Part shown: positions 53,780 to 64,000 of the stretch, one piece after another
Position numbering within the stretch: position 1 is the first letter of the stretch
Layout of the letters: each line of letters opens with the position of its first letter
Source of the DNA: Octopus vulgaris
Taxonomy: Eukaryota
Direction of reading: 5' to 3'
Assembly (NCBI GenBank): GCA_951406725.2
Contig: OX597835.1
Location: 14,136,001 to 14,200,000 of the forward strand
Length of the DNA stretch: 64,000 nt
Position numbers and translations under genes: made by a program
Notes under the pieces: generated by a model
The model's database searches: none
What the model saw: only the letters and a program-made list of their open reading frames with translations
What the model was told of the DNA's origin: nothing

Positions 53780-55138
53780 ATGTCTTTGGAAGGCAGTGAA
53801 TGCCAACTGGAAGAAAAATTCGAAATGGAATTCCCCATTTCCTATTCACGTATCTCAGGTGATGAAGAATCTCAAGCCTCGGGTGAGAGAAGCTCGCCGG
53901 CGGTGACACCGGAAAAAGAATCGGCGGTAACGCCAGGACAAAAGGCCCCAGCAAAGAAGTTTGCGGAAGTTGTTGGACGCAAACAGAAAAATATAGATAT
54001 AGAAAACCTGGATAAATATGAAGACCTTCTGAAGAAAGAAGGAAATGAAATTGCAGTGAAAAAAGATGTGGAAAAAAAAGGAAGAGATTGAAAAGAAAAG
54101 AATAATTTACAAGACATACAGCATGACTACAAAAAGTATACAAAAAGTGGAAGAGTGTAAAATAGAGGAGTGCCTGAAGGCAATTAGGAAGGACATCACA
54201 TATATAAACAGAGGAAGACGGTTCGGAACGGTAGAAGTGAGGTTCAGGACCGAAGAAATAGCAAAGAGGCTATCCACAGAACCTCAGAAAGCGGGAAATA
54301 TAGTCCTTCTACCCTTGTACAGAGGAAGAAGGACTTCAAAGATAGTGATGAGGAATATTCCCCCAGAGGCGGACGCCTCATGCCTGGTGGCGGCAGTGAT
54401 GCTGGGCCTGAAAGAAAAAATCAACATCCTCCAAGCTACAGTGGAGGAGGAGGGATTTTGGCAGGGCCAGATTATCACAATGGCAATACAAGCAGGCCCA
54501 GACACTGGAGGAAATACCAGAGGTGCTGAGGCTCGATGAGGAGGAGAGAGTATTGGTATTTGTAGAAGGAAGAAAACCGAGGTGCTTCGGCTGCGGAAAA
54601 AAGGGACACGTAAGAGCGGAGTGTCAACCTAAACCGCAGGTAGAAGCACCGTCGGAAAAAGAAGAAGCGGAGAAGAAAAAAGAAAACAGAGGAAACCAAA
54701 GAGGTGGAAAAATCTGCAAGTGGTGCAGAAAAGGAAAAAGAAAACGAAAAAGAGGAGGGGTGGTCTAAAGTTACCCCAAAAAAAAAAACGGAAAACTGAA
54801 ACCACCCCTCAAGAAGAAGAAAACCTGAAGAAAAGGAAAGAGGTTACTTCTTCATTTATGGCCATTAAGGCTACCAACAACAGACTTGTCAATGTGTTGG
54901 CAGCCATTGCCAAGGTGGAACGAATAAGAAAAATGAAAGACTTTATCATATACAAAATAGGCCGGAAGGACTACAGGAGGATAAAATCCGAATTCTTCCA
55001 CGACGTGGGCCCTCTGAGACTGGACATGTCTCCATATCTATACGAGGGCCTGCGTCGGACTCCCCCACGAGCCAAAGGAAAAAAATAAAAGAAGAAGAAC
55101 AAGGCGAAACTGCCGAACAAGCCAAACTACTGATATAA
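53780..55138 (+). CDS. ORF1, copy 3 (frameshifted)
   Basis: ORFs 53699, 54066, 54523 and 54720. Confidence 0.8.
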
Positions 55139-55146
55139 GGTAAGTG

Positions 55147-58100
55147 ATGGACTACATTTATGTTGGTTGTTTAAATGTGCGCGGCCTGGGATCAAGCGGG
55201 AAGCAAGGTCGCTTCCTTAATGATATCAGGTCGCGCAATTTGGATGTTATTGTTGCTACAGAAACCCGGTTAAAGGGGCCAAGAGATCTACTCCCACTGT
55301 TTGACGGCTACGAGAGTTTTGTCTCTCCGGCCAGTCCTACAGGCGGGAGTGGGGTGTTGGTCCTACTAAAAAGAAACCGGGTTTTTGAGAAAAAGTTAAT
55401 TTTTTCAGACCCAGAAGGTAGGCTGGTCGTCATGGATTTGACGTTCAGTAACGGTAAAGTTATCAGACTGGTTGCAATTTACGCACCCAACAGTAATAAA
55501 AGGACAAAGTGATTATTTTCGTGATCTAGAAAACTTTCTCGGTACTTCGCATTCATTAGTTGTGCTAGGAGACTTTAACACAATTTGCAAAGCGGATGTA
55601 GATTGTGTTGGCTCGAATGATAGAAAAGGTAACTCAGGCTTCCTGGAACTGCTAAGCCGCTTTGAGCTAGCAGATCCTTATAGGTTGGAATTTCCGAACG
55701 CTCCATTGTGGACATGGTCAAACAGCGACGGATCTTCCAGGTCATACATAGATAGAATTCTAATTAGAAAGGTAGACAGTAAAATAGCTAAGTGTCCACA
55801 GTTTCACCCGATCAGCTACAGTGATCATAAAATGGTCACTTGTAAGCTTGACATAGATAAGGTTAGAAATAGAGGATCCGGTTACTGGAAACTTAATACG
55901 TCCCTTTTGGCGATTAAGGAGTACAGAGACCGGATTAGGACCATAATTCAGAGGGCGCTGTCTGGTGCCATCATTAATAACAAATGGTGGTACGCCCTCA
56001 AACGAGCCATCAAGTTTGAGTCTATTAGATATAGCATAGGAGTAGTGTCTAGAGAGGCTAGAAGGGAAACTACTCTAGTTAAGGAATTAGAGGAAGCCAT
56101 GAAAACTGGCTCTGCGGCTCAGGTGGCGTCCAAGAGACTGGTGTTAAACCAGCACCTCGAGGCCAAACACATGGGCTGCATTGTCAGGGCTAGAATCCGT
56201 CATATGGGATGTGAAGGAATCAACGCCGTGAGATGGGCCCGAGTGGTGGAAGCCCGGAATGGCAACGATGCCACGATTCGATCTTTGAAGAACCAACAAG
56301 GTGAGTTGATAAACGAACCCGAGGAGATGTGTGAGGCCTTTCAGGAGCACTTCGCTCAGCTTTTCGGTGAGTGCGGCGGGCTGGATAGGAGGAGGGCCTT
56401 TACGGACCTACTCGACGGGCTGCCGCGCTTATCGGGGCGAGATGCGGAGGGCTGTGAAGGGCCAATCACGCCTGAGGAGGTGGTGGAGGCAATGGCGGAC
56501 TGCGGCGCGGGCAAGGCGCCGGGTTTGGATGGTCTACCCTACGAGTTATATAAGAGTATGCCAGACTTGTTCGGGCACCTACTGGCGGAGGTCTATGCGA
56601 ACTGGCAGCAGAACGGGCTTATACCCAGATCTGTGCGCCGGGGAGTGGTGACTCTCGTCAGAAAGGACCCGAGCAAGGGGGAGTGCATTGATAATTTCAG
56701 GCCCATCACTCTGCTAAACACAGAGTTGAAGATTTTGGCCAAAGTGTTATCGAAAAGATTGGCGCGTGTCGCGGATGGTCTGATCGGGGAGGCACAGACA
56801 TGTGCCGTTCCGGGCAGAACCATTCAGGATAATCTCCATCTAATGCGGTACACTATAGAGGGGTTTAATAGTGATTCTGGCAAGGGTGGGGCACTGGTCC
56901 ATTTAGACCAATCCAAAGCTTTTGATAGGGTCGACCATCGTTACCTGGTGTCTGCCCTGGCACAGTTCGGGCTGGGCCTTGGCTTCCTCAGGTGGATTAT
57001 CCAAATTTACGACAACATCGACTCGGTAGTTCGGGTGAACGGCTTCTTGTCGAAGCCGTTCAAAATCAAACGCTCGGTTCGTCAAGGGTGTCCGCTCTCC
57101 CCGCTTTTGTACGTGATGGCTCTTGAGCCATTACTGCGAAAACTGAGCGGCATCCCGAGACAGCCAGGTAATGGAAAATCAGTGTCAGCGTACGCGGACG
57201 ACATCACCATCATCGTGACCGAAATGGACCACCTATGTAAAGTAGGCAAGGCCATAGAGGATTACGAGACGGTGACAGGAGCAAAAGTTAATCGCGAAAA
57301 GTCAGTCGGCTTGCAACTCGGCACCTGGAGAGGCAAGTCGATGCCTCCTGACAGCGTCGTGGGACGTTGGACGGAGGGTCCGATTAAACTGCTAGGGGTC
57401 TGGTTCGGTCCAGACCTCCAAATAGAGAAGAATTGGGGCGAGGTAACGAGCAAGGTGGCTGCAGTAGCCAAGACCTGGTCTTGGCGGTGGCTATCCATGA
57501 AAGGGAGGGCGGAGGTGGCCAATGTGTTTATCGCATCGGTTATCACCTACCGCCTTTCCGTCGTTCCATGCCCTGATTCGTGGTTGACCAAGTTGGAAAG
57601 ACAGCTCTTCTACTTCCTGTGGAAGGGCGGGAAACCACTTGTGAAACGCTCTACTTGCTGTCAACAACCGTTAAAGGGTGGGCTAGGGATGCCTTGGCTG
57701 GTGATGCGCAAACATGCGCTGAGGTTAAGACATCTGTGGCTCTACCTGGATGGTGAACGGGTGTGGTCTTCGTTAGCAAAACGGATGTTTCCCAAGTTCA
57801 CTAGTTTCGGTGGATGGGAAACCTGGTTGAATCGTAGATCGAAAATGGGCACATGGTATACGGAGTGTCGCAAGGCTCTCCTGCTATTCCGTCGCTCGGG
57901 CAACGCCTGCGGTGGGGGTTCCACCACATTCTTCTATAGAGGGTTGGTAGAGGCGAATGTGAAGACACCTTGGGGGAAACCCTGGGTCTCGACGATAATC
58001 AGCTGGCCAGTCTGTTCCGACGTACGTTCGAGCCGAAGACACTGGATAACTTCCAGAAGTCTCTGGCATGGCAATGCTACAGAGGAGCTCTACCTGTTCG

Positions 58101-58542
58101 GGATAAACTCGCAAGGCACGGTGGCCAAGACAGTCCGATGTGTCCAAGATGCGGGCGGGATAGGGAAACCGTCCCGCACGCTATTGTTCATTGTTCGGTC
58201 GTGTCTGAGGTGTGGGTTTATGCCGAACAGCTGTTGTCAAGCACACGAAGAGTACAGCTGTCGACTGAGTGTATTAAAAAAATTGACCCACCAGATTTCC
58301 TCGCGAAAGAAGGTAAGAATTGTTTTCTCGTTGTGGTAGCAATTGCGAAAGAGGTGATATGGAAGACGAGAATGAAAGGTATACGGTCAGGCAAGTTCAT
58401 ATCCGGTCCTGGGTTGATGAATTACTTCATCTACCACCTGAAAAGGAAGATAGGGCTGGAGAGAAAATGCCTGACTAAAAGAGTGTATGAAGAACGATGG
58501 AAGGATGTAGCACGGAAGTTGAGAATGAATGACACCACATAA
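55147..58542 (+). CDS. ORF2 APE-RT, copy 3 (frameshifts near 55500 and 57955)
   Basis: ORFs 55144, 55472 (955 aa) and 57970. Confidence 0.9.
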
Positions 58543-59012
58543 ATGTAAATCAGAACGAAACCAAAAGTATCAGTGGTGAGGCGGGGCTCGTGGGGTCCGA
58601 GCTGAACCCGCCCCCACTCCACCTGTAATGTCTTCCGGTCTGTCTTTTTCATTCGATTTATAACTTTTTCATTTTTGTGAATTTTTGGAATTTTTAAACT
58701 CATCCTTTTGTAACCCCATCCGAGAATCTGACCCCACATCAGGTTGTATTGTCCCCTCTTTGTTGGCCCCTTGTGGGTAATAATAAAACAGATACTCAAA
58801 AACTGAACTTTTACCAACTGAATACTCGTCATGTAGTGCCTTACTGCTTTCTGCTGGATTTTACCTCGAGAAAGGAACCCTGAGGAAGGAGGGCTGAATT
58901 TCGAATACCTCGTACAACAAACGGCTGCAGGTTAGGAAAAAAAATTTAATCGCCTCTTTCAATTCAGGTTTTCATTTTTCATGTTTTTATTTGTATTTCA
59001 TTGTTATGTTTA

Positions 59013-59499
59013 TATTGGGTTGTCCGGAAAGTTCGTTCCGATTTTTAAAGGAAAGTACATGGTCACTAAATACTCTTCCCAGAATTGGGGTGGTTTCAAG
59101 GCAAATAATTCATCAAGGTATCTTTTTACGTCATCTAAGGAATTGAAATTTTCACCATTAAGACTATTCTGCAGAGACCTGAATAAGTGGAAATCCGAAG
59201 GAGTAATATCTGGTGAATATGGAGGGTGGGGTAAGTCACCCCAGCCAAGCTGCAGCAATTTTTGTCTGGTTCCCAAAGCATCAAATGCCGATAATGAATT
59301 TTTCTCATCTTTTAATTTAAAGGTTTACAGAATTAACACAGGTTATTGGAACATAAACCTTCTTCCACGAAAAGATAGATTAAACTGTGCTCCAAATGGA
59401 GGTGTAGTCAAATCCTATTTTATGGACTCAAACATGTTCTAAAATAAGTCGAAAGATAAGCTACTATAAATCTGCAAGAACTTTCCGGACAACCCAATA
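59013..59499 (-). mobile_element. Internally deleted mariner (~490 bp)
   Basis: Perfect TIRs tattgggttgtccggaaagttc / gaactttccggacaacccaata; remnant HPPYSPDITPSDFHLF. Confidence 0.88.
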
Positions 59500-59897
59500 T
59501 TTCTATATTTTTATCATGAAATTCTTAATATAAATATGTGGATATTCGTATGGAAAATAATACCTCATGTGCTACATCTGAATTTTCTTGTCTGAATGTT
59601 TTAAGACAAATATCCGAAATTTTTATCGTATACCACATTTTATTAATACTTAGCTCATATACGGAGACAAAAATGTTGTACTATATACTGCAGGTTATCT
59701 CCATTAAAATTATATTTAGCATTAGAATTCTTCAAGTAGTATAAAAATGGTTATTGTCTGCATCATTCGAAAGCGAAATAAATTTTGCATAAGGTGTAAA
59801 AGTTAAATAATAATTTGTATGGTGTTAGTAACAAAATATTTTGTAAGAAATAGAACTTTTATCGTCTGTCTTAAATATATTTTCGCCAGTGTATATA

Positions 59898-62435
59898 TCT
59901 CAGGTCATCCCATAAGTTCTGTCTGAATTTTGGATAAAGAATACAAGTGATCAAATGTTATATTTAATTGAAAGTTAATCATCAATGTACTTTCCCTAAT
60001 TATCTATGACTTACCTCCATCTATTTACAAGCTTTTTAATCCCATCAACGTAAAACTCTTTTGGTTTGAAAGCGAAGAACTCTGAAATGTCAGGTTCGAC
60101 CTCCCCCTGGCTTGCGAAAGTTGTATCCCCCTACTAATTCTGTAAACTATGAAACAAATGGTATCCTGAAGGAGTAAGGTCGGGAGAATAAGTTGGATGA
60201 AGAAATTTTTCCAAACCGACCCCTTCGATCTTCTGTGATGTGATCTTTGCAGTGTGGGGTTGCGCATTGTCCTGTTGAAACATCACTCGTTTTCGACTCC
60301 CTAAAGCGGCTCTTTTTTCCTTCAAAGCTTGGTTCAAACGCTCTAATTGCTGACAGTAGACTTGAGCATTGATTGTTGCATTAGGTGGTAACAATATAAA
60401 GTGAATTACGCCTTTGCAATCGCACCAGATAGAGAGTAGAACCTTTTTCCCATGAAGTTCCCTTCTCGGTTGTGGTTGAGAATTTTCCCTTTTACCAAGC
60501 CACTGTTTATGACGTCTAACGTTTCGATAGAAAATCCATTTTTCATCACAAGTCTATCGAAAAAGGGTGAAATGAGTTTGCGAGAATGGAGAGAAGAGCA
60601 GATACCAACTCGGGATTTGCGGTTGCTTTCGGACAATACATAAGGCACCTATTTTCCAAGTTTAGGAACCTTTCCACGTTGTTGATGACGATGAACTGTT
60701 GTATGGTTTGAAGTAAGCTTTATTGTCAATTCTTCAACTGATAATGACGGATTTTCTTCAAGTAATGCCTCAAGGAGCTTGTCAAACTCAACTGGACATC
60801 CTGTTCGATATTCATCTTCAATTTTGCAGACGATCTCCTGCAAGTTCTTTCATTCGAGCACTTTGCTATAAACTGAGTGTATGTTTCGAGTCACTTCGGC
60901 ATCAGAGTTCCCTTTATTGTACTCATAAAGAATTATATGTGCCTTAAATGCTCCTTGGATACTTCCATGTTGAAAGGGTTTTAATCAGAGCAATTTTAGG
61001 GTGTCCACGAAGTCTGGGTTTATGGAATAAAATCATAACATAAGAAATAATAATTTTCCTTTTTTACTTTTGTTTAAATTAAATAAAAAAAATACTTTAC
61101 TTTTCTAAATTTATTTGTTATTTTTTCTACAGATGATCGAATGATGGCTCTGTCTAAAGAAGAAAGAATCCCAGATCGAATGATGAATCTGTCTAAAGAA
61201 GAAAGAATCGAGTTAGTATTATTAAGTGGACGAGAGGGATGGTCTTATTGCGGAAGAATTTAATCTTCCACACCCTTGTAGGCAACCTATTTATTTTACT
61301 GCCGTCAGGAAATTGATCAAGAAATTTAAAGAAACAGGCAGTGTTTCGGATAAACCCCGTTCCGGGCGACCAAAGACTTCAGATGAAACTAAAGAGGCTG
61401 TCGAGGCTAAAGTTTCTGCTAGCTAGCCCCCCAAATCACTTCGTCGGACATCTACGGTGTTAGGTGTTCCAAAACCAACCATCCACAAAATGCTGGTTGA
61501 GGAAAAGTTTCATCGATACAACCTACAGATATTGCATCACTTAAATTAAGACGATCCTGATAGACGAATAAATTGGATGAAAATATCAATTTTACGAAAA
61601 ACTTTGTGTTGTTCAGTGACAAAGCTACGTTTTATGTAAATGGTAAGGTCAACAGACAGAATCTTCTATACTGGTCTCGAGGTAATCCACATTGGATGGA
61701 TCTATCCAAACAGCAAGACAGCAAAAAGGTGATGGTGTGGTGTGGTTTTTGGAAAGCTCATGTTCTAGGACCCTTCTTCATTGAACATGTAACGGATGAG
61801 ACTTATGCAAATATATTGAGAGACAAATTAATATCTTAAATTGAGCGCCTAGGCGAGGACCTTCCAAATTGGTTTCAGCAGGATGAGGCCCCTACCCATT
61901 TTGCCACAACTGTTAGAGATTGATTTAATGACACTTTTCCTCCTCACTAGATTGGAAGAAGGGGTCATATGGAATGGTCCCCTCGTTCACCAGACCTTTC
62001 TCCCCTTGATTTCTTTTTCTGGGGTATGTTGAAAGAGAAAGTTTACTCAATAAAGATTACAGATTTAAAACACACGAGAGAACGCATTACCAGTCAGTGT
62101 GCTTAAATTGATGGCAATATAGACTTATTTAATCAAGTTCACCTGAATTTTGCAAAGCGCATCAAGTTATGCATTGAAAATGATGGAAATCACTTTGAAA
62201 ATATTATTTATTATAATTAAATAAAATTGTTTTGTTTTAAAAGTATGTGTTAATTCCCATGTACGCAGACTTTGTGGACACCGTCTATTTTGTAAAACAA
62301 TACTGAATTAGTTTAAACGTATACAAATGCATAAAAATAATTTTTAATTGAATTAGACATTTGCAAATACTATTAAATTTCATTCAACTCTAAAAAGCAG
62401 GTAAAATTGGACAGAACTGACTGGATGACTTGATA
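59898..62435 (-). mobile_element. Decayed mariner interrupted by a DD41D element
   Basis: TIRs tcaggtcatcccataagttctgtc and gacagaactgactggatgacttga; transposase remnant 59975-60968 (MEVSKEHLRHI..., QQDNAQPH, YSPDLTPSGYHLF). Confidence 0.8.
60997..62287 (+). mobile_element. Tc1/mariner DD41D (rosa/Visitor-type) element, decayed
   Basis: TIRs ggtgtccacgaagtctg / cagactttgtggacacc; FSDKATF; 41 residues counted between QQD and the D of WSPRSPDLSPLD; in-frame stops. Confidence 0.85.
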
Positions 62436-63115
62436 TATATAATCTATGATATTCTAGTAAGTTTCAAGTTTATAACACCTTGATATCTCATTTTATATGC
62501 CTAAGACGTTTATTTTCTATTCTGGTTTTTATATATTTCTATACGTTATATTTGTATCTATAATTTATTTTAAGCCGAAACATAATACGATCCTTGTACG
62601 AACGAAAGAACAAGAATGCCCTCTGGAACGTTTATCTTCCACCGGCGTTTGTAATCGATGGTGACATGTGCGATGATTTTGCGACTATCTTATATTTTAC
62701 AGAGAAATTGGAAGCCCCGAATGTAAGTCAGCGCTTTATGCATAATTCAATATTCATAGTTCTCTATTTCTAACAGAAATTCTGTCCTCAATAACTATAG
62801 ATCTATTTCTAAATGTATTTCTTTTTCTTTTCCTTCATGCACTCCCGTCTGCCTCTTGACAAAGCTTTCTTTCTCCAGCGTTCACCACGTCATCTCGTTA
62901 GAGTTAACCAGCCCTTAGCGAAAATTTTGACTGTCCTGATTTTGTTAGCAGCTTTGACGTTCCACGTATCTCAAATTTTATCTAATTTGGTTTGGGGGAG
63001 CAATTGCTTTGAGAAGACACATCTAGTTGCAATGCGGAGCAAGTAAAATTGCCAACATCTGAGGAAGAGTTGTTTGTTTTTTTTTATATTCTGCCTTCAC
63101 GCTATAGTTCTCTAT

Positions 63116-64000
63116 GAACCGAACCGAACCGAACCGAACCGAACCGAACCGAACCGAACCGAACCGAACCGAACCGAACCGAACCGAACCGAACCGAACC
63201 GAACCGAACCGAACCGAACCGAACCGAACCGAACCGAACCGAACCGAACCGAACCGAACCGAACCGAACCGAACCGAACCGAACCGAACCGAACCGAACC
63301 GAACCGAACCGAACCGAACCGAACCGAACCGAACCGAACCGAACCGAACCGAACCGAACCGAACCGAACCGAACCGAACCGAACCGAACCGAACCGAACC
63401 GAACCGAACCGAACCGAACCGAACCGAACCGAACCGAACCGAACCGAACCGAACCGAACCGAACCGAACCGAACCGAACCGAACCGAACCGAACCGAACC
63501 GAACCGAACCGAACCGAACCGAACCGAACCGAACCGAACCGAACCGAACCGAACCGAACCGAACCGAACCGAACCGAACCGAACCGAACCGAACCGAACC
63601 GAACCGAACCGAACCGAACCGAACCGAACCGAACCGAACCGAACCGAACCGAACCGAACCGAACCGAACCGAACCGAACCGAACCGAACCGAACCGAACC
63701 GAACCGAACCGAACCGAACCGAACCGAACCGAACCGAACCGAACCGAACCGAACCGAACCGAACCGAACCGAACCGAACCGAACCGAACCGAACCGAACC
63801 GAACCGAACCGAACCGAACCGAACCGAACCGAACCGAACCGAACCGAACCGAACCGAACCGAACCGAACCGAACCGAACCGAACCGAACCGAACCGAACC
63901 GAACCGAACCGAACCGAACCGAACCGAACCGAACCGAACCGAACCGAACCGAACCGAACCGAACCGAACCGAACCGAACCGAACCGAACCGAACCGAACC
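63116..64000. repeat. Perfect (GAACC)n pentamer array, 177 units, reaching the window edge
   Basis: Direct reading; no variant unit seen. Confidence 0.98.

Larger units (their letters stand above)
53532..58790 (+). mobile_element. Tx1/L1-clade retrotransposon, copy 3
   Basis: Collinear with copies 1 and 2. Confidence 0.93.

Noticed and set aside
43017-58790. LTR retrotransposon, or artefactual triplication of one copy
   Set aside because: No LTRs, protease or integrase; the APE-RT layout is non-LTR. The copies differ by many synonymous substitutions, which read errors would not produce.
63116-64000. Telomere
   Set aside because: Wrong strand polarity for a right-hand end and not TTAGGG.

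Overview
AT-rich, repeat-dense eukaryotic DNA; the SINE families and microsatellite load suggest an octopus/cephalopod genome (inference). Host genes: the last three visible exons of a BCCIP homolog (192-6216, +) and an intron-retaining alpha-tubulin pseudogene (~31.5-33.1 kb). The rest is mobile DNA and simple repeats: several SINE families, Tc1/mariner elements (one DD41D element nested in a mariner), non-autonomous Helitrons, RTE, Dong/R4 and Penelope fragments (some with hammerhead-ribozyme motifs), two foldback palindromes, large microsatellite blocks and a perfect (GAACC)n array running off the right end. The main feature is a head-to-tail array of three near-intact, non-identical ~5.25 kb Tx1/L1-clade retrotransposons (43017-58790). 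The motif GATACTCAAAA(A)YTGA occurs at all four boundaries, which suggests repeated site-specific insertion into a target I do not recognise. The LINE's last ~45 nt match the 3' tail of a SINE family found elsewhere in the window, pointing to a LINE-SINE partnership. All alignments were done by eye.
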